A DNA stretch of 64,000 nt from Octopus sinensis (taxonomy: Eukaryota). Shown here piece by piece: positions 35,257-48,639 of this stretch (positions are counted from its first letter, which is position 1; each line of letters opens with the position of its first letter). Under the pieces are notes generated by a model. That model saw only the letters and a program-made list of their open reading frames with translations, was not told the DNA's origin and ran no database searches. Both the position numbers and the translations under genes were made by a program. The stretch spans positions 39,742,001 to 39,806,000 of the forward strand of contig NC_043000.1 of assembly GCF_006345805.1 (NCBI RefSeq), written 5' to 3'.

Positions 35257-36462
35257 ATGAGAAAAGAGATGACATCATATGACTGTAATATCTGTACAAA
35301 GTCCTTCTCTCGAAAAAGTAACCTAATTATGCACAAATGTATTCACACAGGAGAGAAACCATATCATTGTGAAATCTGTGGTAAATCATTCTCTGAAAAT
35401 AGTGACTTATCTAAACACATACGTATTCATACAGGAGAGAAACCATATCATTGTGATATCTGTGGTATATCATTCTCTGTAAGAAGTAAAGTTGGTGCAC
35501 ACAAACGTACTCATACTGGAGAGAAACCATATCATTGTGATGTCTGTGGTAAATCATTCTTTCAAAATAGTGACTTATCTAAACACACACGTATTCATAC
35601 GAGAGAGAAGCCATATCACTGTGATATCTGTGGTAAATCATTCTTTCAAAATAGTCACTTAACTAGGCACATACATAGTCATACAGGAGAGAAACCATAT
35701 CATTGTGATATCTGTGGTAAATCATTCTCTCAAAATTGTGAATTGTCTACACACATACGTAGTCATACAGGAGAGAAACCATATCATTGTGATATCTGTG
35801 GTAAATCATTCTCTCAAAATTGTGAATTGTCTTCACACATACGGAGTCATACAGGAGAGAAACCATATCATTGTAATATCTGTGGTAAATCATCTTCTCG
35901 AAGTAGTGACTTAGCAAAACACATACGTATTCATACAGGAGAGAAACCATATCATTGTAATATCTGTGGTAAATCATTCTCTCGAAGTAATAACTTAACT
36001 AGACACAATCGTATTCATACAGGAAAAAAGCCATATCATTGTGATATCTGTGGTAAATCATTCTCTCAAAGTGTTCAATTATCTACACACAGACATATTC
36101 ATATGGGAGAGAAACCATATCGTTGTGATATCTGTGGTAAATCATTCTCTCAGAGTGGTCACTTAACTGGACACAAACATATTCATACAGGGGAGAAACC
36201 ATATTGTTGTGATATCTGTGGTAAATCATTCTCCCTAAGAAGTCAAGTTGCTGTGCACAAACGTATTCATACAGGAGAGAAATCATATCAGTGTGTTATC
36301 TGTGGTAAATCATTCTCTCGAAGTAATAATTTAACTAGACACAATCGTGTTCATACAGGAGAGAAGCCATATGACTGTGATATCTGTGGTAAATCATTCT
36401 CTCAAAGTAATGACTTAACTAGGCACAAATCTATTCATACAGGAGAGAAAGGAAATGAATAG
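35257..36462 (+). CDS. C2H2 zinc-finger protein, 14 tandem fingers, no effector domain
   Basis: Regular 28-aa CxxC...HxxxH units with TGEKP linkers. First ATG is at 35257 (MRKEMTS). Confidence 0.92.
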   Translation: MRKEMTSYDCNICTKSFSRKSNLIMHKCIHTGEKPYHCEICGKSFSENSDLSKHIRIHTGEKPYHCDICGISFSVRSKVGAHKRTHTGEKPYHCDVCGKSFFQNSDLSKHTRIHTREKPYHCDICGKSFFQNSHLTRHIHSHTGEKPYHCDICGKSFSQNCELSTHIRSHTGEKPYHCDICGKSFSQNCELSSHIRSHTGEKPYHCNICGKSSSRSSDLAKHIRIHTGEKPYHCNICGKSFSRSNNLTRHNRIHTGKKPYHCDICGKSFSQSVQLSTHRHIHMGEKPYRCDICGKSFSQSGHLTGHKHIHTGEKPYCCDICGKSFSLRSQVAVHKRIHTGEKSYQCVICGKSFSRSNNLTRHNRVHTGEKPYDCDICGKSFSQSNDLTRHKSIHTGEKGNE

Positions 36463-37049
36463 TTTGTTTGCTATATCTATAAAACACAGGATGTTTGTTT
36501 GTCCTGTCATTAAAACTCAAGATTCACAAAATTGATTTGAATGAAATTTTACACATGCACTCCATAGTGTTCATGGAGTGTCATGAGCTAAAACAATTTT
36601 CAACTTCTTGCCTCATGTTGGCCCAGGGGCAGATAAATTGCATTTTCATAGTGTTAAGGCCCATAACTTGAGTATCCGGTCACTTTCCTCCAAATTTGCA
36701 ACAAACATTAATCAGGCCCCTTGAATTGCTGTTGACTTCAAAAAATTTCCGACTCTGACTATGGGCTCCCCCAGTAATGCAGATTAATCAGATTTGAGTA
36801 TACTGCACTTGGTTTTATCTTTGTTTTAGGCCATTTTCCAATGAAAAAATATTAACACTGCTTATGCACTATAAGTAGCGTATATTTCATGAAAACCTTT
36901 TTATCCAGTTTGGCAGTGGAAATGAGAACATTAAAACTTTTGTCGGCGCCCTGTTGATGCCTCATGTTTCCATCCTGTGCAGCTGGATAAAGGCATTGCA
37001 AATCTATTCTCCAGAAGTGCCCTGTTGATGTTTCACATTTCTAATCCTG

Positions 37050-38290
37050 CATAACGCAGCATGACCCAGTAGCTGTCTGGTAACATTTTGTCACAGGTGG
37101 TCTCAAAGATTCACAATTCACTTTTAAACATTTTTATGATCCAGCTTGAGGAAACAACAGGTGTTGCCAACTTAGCCCAATTTTGCGTCTATGTACGTTA
37201 TGTACATAACAATCACCTGAAAGATGAATTCCTGTTTTGTGAAACCCTCAGCACCAAAGCAATCGAAAGTGAGATATTTAATAAAGTGGACAAATTTTTT
37301 GAGACCCATGATATCAACTGGGCGCATGTCATTGGTACGTGCACCAACGACGGTCCGGCAATGCTTGGCTGCTGTTCTGGTTTTGAGACTTTGGTGAAAG
37401 AAAAATCTCCAGCTGCTATTAGTACACTCTGCACAATTCATCAACAACTTGAGGAGTTTAAAAAATGTTAAAAAACCATGCATGGACAGTTACAAAATGT
37501 TCTGAATTACGTGAATACAGCGGTGAACTTCATCAAAGCAAAGTCACTCAGCTCACTTCTGTTTACCGAGTTGTGCAAAGAAAGTGATTCTGAATTTGAA
37601 ATGCTTCTGTTGCACTCACAAGGGAGATGGCTTTCGAGATGAAAAACAATATAGAGGGTCTTCCCTCTAACGAAAAGAAGTCAATGATTTTTTTACAAGA
37701 TGCCAAGCAAGATTTGCATGCCAAATTCTCTGCTGTTCGTATTCTGATCTGCTTGGCATTTTGGTGGACATATTCGAGTCAGTGAATGCCATCAGTCTTT
37801 CACTGCAAGGAAAAAATATAACCAGGTTTCATTCTTATGAAAAACTGCTCTCAAAATGAAGCTTGAACTTTGGCACCCAAAGTTAGATAGAAAGAATTTT
37901 GCATCATTTCCTCAACTAAACATTTTTATTGATGAGAACAAGCTTCAAGTCGATGTCAATACTTAGCAGAGAAATATCAGGAACCTGTTTGTACTCTTGG
38001 TTAGGGGTCTGCCTACAGAAGACAATTTAATTCAAGAGCAATTCATTGATTTGGTCAAAGATGGAGATGCAAAATGTTTTCTACCGTGAAATGTGCTCTT
38101 CTGACTTTTGGATTGAAATGGCACAATCATTTCTTGATGTCAAAAAAATAGTTCTTAAAGTACTGATGCCATTTCCAACCATCTATGAGTTTGAGACTGT
38201 ATTTTCCACTTTCCTTGCCATCAAAACCAAGTGACAAAATCAATTGGATGTCACACCAGAAATGAGGGTTGCCCTCTCCGGAAAAGCCGA
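37050..38290 (+). pseudogene. hAT (Buster/ZBED5-like) transposase fossil
   Basis: IQLEETTGVANLAQ, DEFLFC, CTNDGPAM, CTIHQQ, LLLHSQGRWLSR, PFPTIYEFETVFS, MRVALS. Confidence 0.85.
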
Positions 38291-38741
38291 ACATAAGGGA
38301 GCTGGTTACTGCAAAGCAGCTATATCCACCACTATGAACTTGGCTGTAAATAAAGTAACAGATATGGCTGCATTTGTAAATAAATAATTTCTTATGTAAT
38401 TTTTTGTTGTCATGTTATGTATCAGGGATTCAGGAAGAGGGATGGCTACCTTCAGGGACAGAGGAGAAGACGGTTCTACTAAAATTGTGGTTTTCTGTGC
38501 ATACTAGTGGTCCAATTGGCAGCAACTTCTGTACATTTTTGGATAGTATTACAATTCTTCTGCTGAAAATAGCGAAATTGATTGAAATGCACCTCTTGGA
38601 TAATGAATATGAGGAATAACCTGCCAATGGGGAGGAATAACATCCCCAAACGTGGCAAATGGGCAAGGTGATGGCAAAAGCTTAAGAACCATTGTTATAA
38701 AATTACTATTTTTAAATCTCATGAAAGATATTCAGCAACAG

Positions 38742-39004
38742 GCCAACATAACATAGCAGTCCTGGTTTAGGACGAATGTTGCTATGATTTAGTCCCAGGA
38801 GACATCATTTCCAGCTGGCTATACGACACAATCTGTGCCCTTATATTTTCGAACAAGGGAATTGAGCTGAATGGGGATGCTAGATTCCCTTATTCAAAAA
38901 CATAAGGACACAGTTCGTGTCGTATAGCCAGCTGGAGACGATGTCTACTGGGGCTAAATTACAGCAACATTCTTCCTAAACCAGGACCGCCATGTTATGT
39001 TGGC
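38742..39004. mobile_element. Fold-back MITE-like element
   Basis: GCCAACATAACATAGCAGTCCTGGTTTAGGA... is inverted to ...TCCTAAACCAGGACCGCCATGTTATGTTGGC, with arms of ~120 bp. No TSD seen. Confidence 0.75.
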
Positions 39005-39329
39005 AAACAATCTTTACTACAACCATTGTTATGTACATGTGTGTAAGATAGCTTTGCGTCTGTGAAATGAGCACAAATGTTCATACAGGATGCTGGGATA
39101 TTTTCCAACCGTTTTTGTTTCTTGTCTTAGAACCAAATTAATCAACTGATTCCCCATATTTTCATGTGTACTTACTGTGTCCCTATGGGGTGTGGCATGG
39201 ATTAAGTTGTGGTTTTCGGGGTTGCGGTTCATAGTCTGAAAAATACAGAAATCGAATGTATGTCATTTAATTATTCTGCATTTTATAGGGGACTGGCGCA
39301 TAAAACATTTTGCAAAGTTTGAGAACGTA

Positions 39330-39848
39330 GGAGTGGCTGTGTGGTAAGTAGCTTGCTTACAAACTACATAGTTCTGCGTTCAGTCCCACTGCGTGGCACC
39401 TTGGGCAAGTGTCTTCTACAATAGCTTTGGGCCGACCAAAGCCTTGCGAGTGGATTCGGTAGACGGAAACTGTTTGTCAGTGAACAGGTCGCGATCTCAA
39501 AGCGACGAAAATATTTTGACAAATTAAATTTAAATGTTGAAGTGAATCTAACGGTTTTTGTGTGTTTCTTAAATGGCTTCTAAACACCTTCCATGCTGCA
39601 ATTGTTATATATATATATGTATGTGTGTGTATATATGTTTGTGTATTTGTGTTTTGTCTTCCCAACATGACTTGACAACTGATGCTGCTGTGTTTACATC
39701 CCCATAACTTAGTGGTTCAGCAAAAGAGACTGATAGAATAAGTACTAGGCTTACAAACAATAAGTCCTGGAGTCGAGTTGCTCAACTAAAGGCGGTGCTC
39801 CAGCATAGCCACAGTCAAATGACTGAAGCAAGTAAAAGGGTAAAAGAG
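39330..39848 (+). mobile_element. SINE with an internal insertion (~39475-39600)
   Basis: Same head and tail as the copy at 8156. Confidence 0.8.
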
Positions 39849-40369
39849 CAACCAAATATTAATTTGTTTCCTCCTAACTTTCTGAAAAATGGGTAATTTG
39901 AAATTAAATTATATGAAAGTATGTTTCTGATGGTGTAGATAAGGATTATGTTGGAATTTGTTGTGTAAAGAAAAGTGCAATGGAGGTCGTGGATAATTTA
40001 TTCACACTGACTTTATTTCCTCAACTTGTAAATTTGAAATTATAGCTCATCTACATAAGTTGGATATTATTCGTTTTGGGGGGGGGGTTTCAAATTATCT
40101 TCACCCCACATTTGAAAATGATGGAGGCGGAGTGGGGTGGGGGGCAGTTATGAAAATCTGATTTGCACCTGCTCATGAGACTTTAACTCTGAAATAATAT
40201 TATTAGCCATAATGCTGGAAAAAGACTAATGTTAGTGTCCGCTATTCTTTATTTTTAAAACTGTCACACAATGTAAAAGTGTCACTGAAGTTTATAAATA
40301 TGTAATCTTTACACAAGATTGTATAATATAAATTTTAATAAATTAACATGTTAAGTTCATCATCATCTT

Positions 40370-41600
40370 TTAACATCTTTTGTCCATGCTGGCAAGGCTG
40401 GATGGCTTGACCAGAGCTGGGAAGCTGCAGCAGACTCCAATCTGATTTGTGATAGTTCCTACAGCTTGATGCCCTTCCTAGTGCCAACCTCTTCACGGTA
40501 CACAGGATGTGTTTATGTGGTTCTGCATGGGCACTTTTATGTGGAAGCTCACTGTTGCTTTAACATGGTGACACTTTTACATGCACTGCACGTCCGCTTT
40601 TATGAGTAACTGTCACAAGTGATTTTCGCCACCAGCGGAATGAGTCTGAATACTTTTGCTGTGGAGTACGGGTTTTCTCAAGTATAGCAAGGGGCCAGGC
40701 ATCATAGTCTTTATCATATCACTTTCACGCATTCTATCTACTTTGAGAGATCAGCACTTCTCTATAGATCTGTTGGCATCCAGCTCAGTTGTTAAGGTAA
40801 ATGCTTGTTCCTACAATTTATCTCAATAGAAATGAATCTGTATTTTTAAAGTAGCTTTTAAAGCTTACATGTTTTTTTTTCTATAATTTCAGAACATCAT
40901 ATGACAGAAGAATCCTTAATATCAACAAAGTAGCCACCCTCAGCTTCCACCATGGTCCCAAGACAGCTCCAGAACCTGGCATATGTGTCTCTCCCTTTGT
41001 CCCAGGAAAGATCTTCAAACACCTCCTTGATCTTGGCTACCAGCTCATCATTTATGTTGAAACATAGCTGTTGGTGCCTTTCTCAACTGTGCCTCACAAA
41101 TGATAATCCAGGGGATTACAATCAGGAGAATTAAGAGGCCAAGAATTAGGGCTGGAGAAGTGGTAAAAATTCTCTGACAACCACTTCTGAGTCTTTGTGG
41201 AAGTATGACAAGCAGTCGAGAGATACACCCAGAGATGAGCCTGCTGATTTCTTCCTGCTGGTCATGACTTTGTAGTCTCTGTTGCTGCTGTGCATATCAG
41301 GTCTGCAAATGTTGCTTTCATTTTATCACAGTCATCATGTTCAAATCCTGTTTTCTGATTGTGTAAAATGATCAGACTCGAAACCTCTCAAACACTTTTC
41401 TGGAATGGATTAATCACAAACTGGGATTGTGTGAAAAATTACATCATTACACGAAATTTGAGCAATTTCAGTTACTTTTGAAGGTTCAAAATCTGTCACA
41501 GCAACAAAGAACACTATTTGTCTCCATTTTTCACTTCTCTCATCGTAAACTATATATTTATCTCACACTGTCTCTATATAAAAGTATACAGCTCTTGCTC
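40370..41600 (+). pseudogene. ZNF cassette paralog with the whole finger ORF deleted
   Basis: It retains the RTE exon, the intron 40797-40892 and the acceptor exon start, then joins near 40927 to sequence homologous to 62005 onward. Confidence 0.7.
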
Positions 41601-42223
41601 TTTGTGTGTGTGTAAGAAATTTTATTAGAACGATAGGGTGAATTCAAAAACGTTCACTAAAAGATAATTCATTTTAATAGCATACTTTTCTCTCTACTGG
41701 CACAAATCAGTGAATGCTGAATCTAGATACGTGTGTTTATTGATGGATAAGGAAAGCAGAGAACTCTTTTGTAAAGTAACAGAATGGAAAACAGTGAAAT
41801 TTGTGAATGTTCAAATATAGTTGGGTTTATCCCCTTCTGGGCAATAAAGAAATATAGTGGAGTGGCACATGTATGTGCTACTTTCGGAGAAACAAATGGA
41901 GAAGCAATATAAGAAAGGATAAATATTGTAGACTTAAAAAGGATAGAAAAAATATGGCTTGGACGTGTTAAAAGGAAGTAAAAAATGCAGCTTCAGGTGG
42001 GGCAAGCAGCACATTTTCTTCTTTCATTTTCATATATCATTCATATTACCATATGTCTAATTTTATTTCATTTAATTTTTATATATTTTGCGTTATGTGT
42101 CCCCACATGTATTTCTGTTGTCCTCCCTTTCTTGGCAATAAAGAAATAAATTTATGAGCATCAAGATACTAAGCCATTGAGGGATTTAAAGTGAAAAGAT
42201 AAAATAAAAAAATAAATGCACCC

Positions 42224-42449
42224 TTTTAAAGCCTAGCCAGGCTCATGGGTCCGGTTTCTTTGACGTATGTGTTCCCCAGCTGGACAGGACGTCAGTCCAT
42301 CGCAGCCTTACTCATTTTTGCCAGCTGAGTGGACTGGAGCAACGTGAAATGAATTGTTTGGCTCAAGAACACAACGCGTCGCCCGGTCTAGGAATCGAAA
42401 CTACAATCATGGTGCTGACACCCTAACCTCTAAGCTACGCGCCTCCACA
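42224..42449 (-). mobile_element. tRNA-derived SINE
   Basis: Minus-strand head TGTGGAGGCGCGTAGCTTAGAGGTTAGGG...TTTCGATTCC, related to the SINE near 51095. Confidence 0.7.
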
Positions 42450-42486
42450 ACGTGAAAGATACCTTAAATATTTCTGATAGCAGATA

Positions 42487-42527
42487 CGCATGCGCATTAA
42501 ACGTGCTTCCTACTTGTTGACTTCCGG
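42487..42527 (+). promoter_or_regulatory. Putative ZNF-cassette promoter: NRF1-like plus ETS motif
   Basis: CGCATGCGCA at 42487-42496 and ACTTCCGG at 42520-42527. Confidence 0.5.
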
Positions 42528-42975
42528 TCAAATGTCCTTTGAATGAATTTCTGTTAATCAGCTGATAATAATAATAATACGTTTATAATTCTTAAAATAT
42601 AGACTTATAATGCATTTCTCATACACACATATATAGCAACACTATCCTTTAGGAAATATTTCCGTAAGTATTCAATATATTTAATTCTGGAGACTTTCGG
42701 TTTTTGGCGCCTCGATTCTTTGTTTCTTTTCTATGTTTTATCAATGAGAAATGTCCTTGATGTGTGCAAGATTTGGTTGCTATTTCTAGCTACGAAAGCG
42801 ATATGTTTATGATCTGTTCGAGCTTTGGCTGCTATTTCTAGCTATAGAAGCTACCTTCTTCCCTCTCCGTCGTTGCAGGGTTAGATTGTTCTGTGTTTTA
42901 GTTTGAGAAATATTCTCAAATACACTCCAACCACTGAAATGTTTGGAAACCAATACTTTATTTTAATTTATCGAT

Positions 42976-43424
42976 GGGGTACTACTAACAAAGATTGGAC
43001 CCGGTGCACGCTCACGCGCAGTCGCGTGTCTGCGCTGTCTAGTTGTAAGTAGTCGATCCTACAACGACTTGCGCGTATGCAAATGAGTTGTGTTGTAGGT
43101 TGGAAGACAACCAATGGGTCTAATTAATGATCAAGACACGCACACACACACACACACATATATATATACCTGAATGATGTACCTACTATGGATGCTGTCC
43201 AAAAACTAAAAACTAGTAAAAGAATATATCACACACATTTTATTTGATTTGTGTAAAAAAATCATATACATTGTTCTAAGAAATAATTTATTTACTTTCT
43301 TTAAAGAATTATTTTATTCTGTAAAATCAACTCATTTGCATACGCGCATGTCGTTGTAGGATCGACTACTTACGACTAGCTTGCGCGTGTGCGCGCACCG
43401 GGTCCAGTCTTCGCTAGTGGTACC
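42976..43424. mobile_element. MITE with ~100-bp TIRs and ATCGAT duplication
   Basis: ATCGAT at 42970-42975 and 43425-43430. The paralogous empty site AATTT-ATCGAT-TGTTTCTCAG is at 58681-58701. Confidence 0.88.
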
Positions 43425-43922
43425 ATCGATTGTTTCTCAGTATTACTATCGATCTGTGTGCCCAACTAATTAGTAATTTGTTTCCTCATAATTTTCAGAA
43501 AAATGGGTAATATGAAATTAAATTTTCTGAAAGTGTCTTTTCAGATGGTGTAGATAAGGATTATGTTGGAATTTGTTGTGAAAAGAAAAGTTCAAATTTT
43601 TAAAAATACTGGAAAATAAGGTGGAGTGTCGGATTAACTCATCCACATAAGATGGATATTATTCGTTTTGAGGGGTATTTTTTTTTTCAAATTATCTTGG
43701 CCCCGCTTTTAAAAATAATGGGAGTTGGCGAGGTCTTATATGAAAAAGTTATGAAAATCTGATTTCCACCCGCTTACACCGTACACCATTACACTTCTTC
43801 GGTCTCATGTAAAGGATAAAATGAATGGATGATTTTGTTTTTGTTCGTGTAATAACATAAAGTTTTATTTTGGCAACATATTTTTAAAGGGCGATGTTTG
43901 TTTCGTTACAAGAACACTACAA

Positions 43923-45806
43923 ACTACGTGTATTTGTTTACATATGATCGTCGATTTCCGTAAAAAACTTTTATTTTTTTACATGTGGGCTTGCGGGAAC
44001 TTTTGAAGTAATGAAAGCGAAAGAGACTAAGAGAAAGCGATTGTATGACGAGGGAAGTTCTTTTGAAGTTACCGTGCATGGGAAGCATTGATGTGCATGT
44101 GTGTGTTTGATGGGGTGTGGGAGACAGAAAGTATGGTGTGTAAGTGAAGTGCTTCTGTTAGTGTGTGTGTGTGAAAGAGAGAGATAACTGAAATTTTTTA
44201 CTCAGTTTTTGTAGTGCGTGCGTGTGTATGCATGTATGTGTATGTATATATGCATGTATGTATGTGTGTATGTATCTCTGTATGTATGTGTGTGTGTATG
44301 TATGTATGGCCGATTCAGTGTTTACATTATTTCGAGTTAAAATGAAAGATTACCTTTGCCTGTTTATGTAACGGTCTGCTATGTAGAAAATAATGAGGTT
44401 GACTCAATGGAATAATGACAGTGATCGAAGATATAGACAAAATTGTTTTTATTTAATCGTTATATATGCCTTGTCGACTGCTACTGTGCAGCCTTAATGT
44501 CTCTGTTGAGATGACGATGGTGAAATGGTAAGAAAAAGACGGGAGAGTTATCAAATGAGGAGATATCCTTCTCATGAGAAAAGAGTTGCCTGCAAAGGGA
44601 AAAAAAGTTAATAGTCTATAGATGTGCACAGAAACTGGGTGCAAGCATGCATATATATGCATGTGTAAACATTGTGTTGTGCAGCAAAAGGAACGAACAG
44701 TACAAAATGTGTAACGAAAAGTGACAAAATCTGATTGGTAATGTCCTGCATGAAAAGTCTGTGCTGAAAAGTGAGAAAAGATTAGTTCTCTTGGTTGGGT
44801 AGCTGTCCTAAGTGTTGCATTTATGTATGGCAACTGTTTCCCTCGTGGATCTGTACATCGGGTTGCAGTACATGTGGAATGTAATTGGTGTGTGTCCATT
44901 GAGTCGGTGACTTCATTCCTTTCGTGTTGTGTTGGGCATGTGACGATGGAACTGAAAACTATGCGTCGTGAAAGTTCGTGTCCTATAATTCTTGTTGATG
45001 CGACTGGCACGGACTGTAAATGAAGCAGTAAGTCTTTGAAGCCGAGCTCACCAAATGTAATGGATAAGGTAACGAAGACTGCAGTTCTGTGGCTCGGGGG
45101 TCAGCAATTGTGGCAGGGTTGTTGTGTTCGAATCACGTTGTGGGTAACCAGTTGTATCGTTGTGGTTGATGTATTCTAATAACGTCGGTCTGTCACCAAT
45201 TGTCGATGCTCGATGCTGACAATAGAGAATGTGAAGGTGGCATTGTCACTTCTTCATTTCGCCCGACTGTAGAAAAAGAGGTATATCACTGTGACACCTA
45301 TTGTTTTCGTGTGGTGTCTGTGTAGACGCGGAAAAGTTTTAAGTCAAACGGAAAACACATCAATTGACTTAGCAAAGCCATGTGATGAAACTCGAAATAA
45401 TGTAAACACTGAATCGGCCATACATACATACACACACACACACATACATGCATATATACATACACATACATGCATACACACGCACGCACTACAAAAACTG
45501 AGTAAAAAATTTCAGTTATCTCTCTCTTTCACACATTACTCTCTCTGTCTCTTCACACACACTAACAGAAGCACTTCACTTACACACCATACTTTCTGTC
45601 TCCCACGCCCCATCAAACACACACACACACATGTACATCAATGCTTCCCATGCACGGTAACTTCAAAAGAACTTCCCTCGTCATACAATCGCTTTCTCTT
45701 AGTCTCTTCGCTTTCGTTACTTCAAAAGTTCCCGCAAGCCCATATGTTAAAAAATAAAAGTTTTTTTATGGAAATCGACGATCATATGTAAACAAATACA
45801 CGTGGT
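43923..45806. repeat. Long inverted repeat: ~416-bp arms, 1050-bp spacer
   Basis: 43923-44338 is the reverse complement of 45389-45806, with scattered substitutions and indels. Confidence 0.9.
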
Positions 45807-46949
45807 CATTTGACATAAAGTATACTAGAACCGTAAGTTTGCCTTTTACTACATGAAAGAGAAAACATTAAAAGTATAAAAGATGAAATTATCGAGAGAA
45901 TACAACGGAATTGCCTCATCAACGAAACGGAAAGAAAGAAGTGGGGCTGAATGGGTTTAATTTTTTATACTTTTACTGTTTTTTCTTTCTTTTATTCCTG
46001 CAAAAATCTGTTGTTAAATGAAAATCAATATTCTATGAAAGTAAATTGTCCTTCAAAAAGTGTATTTTACGATAGAAACCGGAATTGATGACAGTAATAT
46101 ACGAATATTTTATGAAACGTTTGATATTCAATTGGGGTGTTCCTGGGTGGGTCTCGGCAACTTGTATATCCCCATTAAATTGTCAATGATTCACTCAGTT
46201 TCTTGGACAATGGGAGATGAACTTTTATTTGTTTCACTCACTTGAATGTTGCTTCGCTGGAGCACCGCCTTGAAGGGCTTTAGAGAGAATCGACCCCAAG
46301 ACTTATCGTCGAAACCTAATACTAATTGTTAATTTATTGGGATTCCCATGTCTTCTTGGGTGTCCCACTTCTTATGTTCCGTCTTCTTTGAGAGATCGGC
46401 ATTTCTTTCTGGAACCATTGGCATCCAGGTGAGTTGTTAAGGTAAATCTTTATTTCTACAGTTTCTCTCAATAGAAATGAATCTGTATTTTTTAAGTGGC
46501 CTCTACATTTTACACCGTTGTTTCTCTATAATTTCAGAACATCAGATACCAGAAGAAGCATCCTTATTATCTATCATATTTTAATCACTAAAGGATAATA
46601 TTACACCAAAGGGATGTGTAACATTGTTTCTACAAATCAGTGGAAGACTTCTTGTGAAACATTTGCTCTGAAATAATATAATTATCCAAATTTCTGAACA
46701 GTACTGACTAGAGTGACAAGAAAAAGAGGTTGTGTGCTGGTTCAAGTTGGATAAATTTATGAAAGTGTTGCTAAACAAAGGTAACACTGGACAGAAATAC
46801 AGCAGCAGAAGTGTATATAAGGAATAAAGTATAAAAACGAAAGCAAGAAAAATATATTAACTGGAATTTGAGAGGAAAAGTAATAGAAAAGAGTAAGAAA
46901 ATTATAGAATTGGTTTCCCCTCAAGTCCTTTCAAAAAAGTAAGCTAATT

Positions 46950-47912
46950 ATGCACAGACATATTCGTTCTGGAGAGAAACCATATAATTGTGATATCTGT
47001 GATAAATCATTTTTTTACAGTAGTAACTTATCTAGACACAAACATATTCATACGGGAGAGAAACCATATCAATGTGATATCTGTGGTAAATCATTCTCTC
47101 AAAGTGATATCTTATCTATACACAAACGTATTCATACTGTAGAGACACCATATCATTGTGATATCTGTGGTAAATCATTCTCTCAAAGTAGCCACGTTAC
47201 TGTGCACAAACGTACTCATACAGGAGTGAGATCATATCATTGTGATATCTGTGGTAAGTCTTTCTCTCAAAGTGGTCACTTAACTGGACACACACGTATT
47301 CATAAAGGAGAGAAACCATATCATTGTGATATCTGTGGTAAATCTTTCTCTCAAAGTGGTCACTTAACTCGACACAAACGTATTCATACAGGAGAGAAAC
47401 CATATCATTGTGGTATCTGTGGTAAATCATTCTCAGAAAATACTTTAACAAAACACAATCGTATTCATACAGGAGAGAAACCATATCATTGTGATATCTG
47501 TGGTAAATCATTCTCTGGTAATACTACCTTAACTACACATAAACGTATTCATACAGGAGAGAAACCATATCATTGTGATATCTGTGGTAAATCATTCTCT
47601 GGTAATACTACCTTAATAAAACACACACGTATTCATACAGGAGAGAAGCCATATCACTGTGATATTTGTGGTAAATCATTCTCTGAAAGTACTGCCTTAA
47701 CAAAACACAATCGTGTTCATACAGGAGAGAAACCATATCATTGTGATTTCTGTGGTAAATCATTCTCACAGAATAATGTCTTAACAAAACACATACGTAT
47801 TCATACAGGTGAAAAGCAATATGACTGTGATATCTGTGGTAAATCATTCTCTCAAAATAGTGACTTAACAAGACACAAATATATTCATACAGGGGAGAAA
47901 GGAAAAGGGTAG
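46950..47912 (+). CDS. C2H2 zinc-finger protein, 11 fingers, N-terminally truncated relative to its paralogs
   Basis: Open frame. Finger 6 is one residue short (SENTLTKH). The ancestral start region is deleted. Confidence 0.85.
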   Translation: MHRHIRSGEKPYNCDICDKSFFYSSNLSRHKHIHTGEKPYQCDICGKSFSQSDILSIHKRIHTVETPYHCDICGKSFSQSSHVTVHKRTHTGVRSYHCDICGKSFSQSGHLTGHTRIHKGEKPYHCDICGKSFSQSGHLTRHKRIHTGEKPYHCGICGKSFSENTLTKHNRIHTGEKPYHCDICGKSFSGNTTLTTHKRIHTGEKPYHCDICGKSFSGNTTLIKHTRIHTGEKPYHCDICGKSFSESTALTKHNRVHTGEKPYHCDFCGKSFSQNNVLTKHIRIHTGEKQYDCDICGKSFSQNSDLTRHKYIHTGEKGKG

Positions 47913-47940
47913 TTTCTTCTTTGCCATATTTGTTCAATAG

Positions 47941-48057
<117 letters not shown>

Positions 48058-48639
48058 TTTCTTGTTTTTATGCAATGTAAATTATGACTAAAATATTTCT
48101 ATAAATTTTAGATTTTTTTATTTTGTTTTTATAATATTCATCTTTCTGGACCACTCATGCAGTTTCCTTTCCTTGGTATAAAGGTACTTTCCCTAAGTAC
48201 CTTTATACCAAATTTCATCATCTCAACAACTCTATATCACAACCTGTAATTACAGCATGTTTCTTGTATTTTAAATTCTTCACTCATTAAATATTTTTTA
48301 CAATAAGTTATGGCATTTTTTATACACCGGAATATTGTAAAATTTAAACACACAATGGCCTTAAGTACAAAACAGAAGAGACCACAAAGGAAGAACATGA
48401 GGCATAAGTACAGTTTAGTGCCCCTCACCAGACTGATTCCTTGTTAGTTTTTGATTAATGGTTTTAATGGAAATTACACTTTTCTGAGTTTATATAGGTC
48501 CAGATTAAAATTTTCATAAAATTGATTATAAACATTTTGGAGGAGAGTTTACTTCTCAACCCCACAATGTTTTTGTAACCCTAACTTCAGAAATCAAGAT
48601 AAACTACCAATCTCTTGATCAACTATAAATCTGGTGACC

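Noticed and set aside
44453-45010. 185-aa ORF in the inverted-repeat spacer as a transposase
   Set aside because: No DDE, zinc-finger or helicase motif recognisable by eye.
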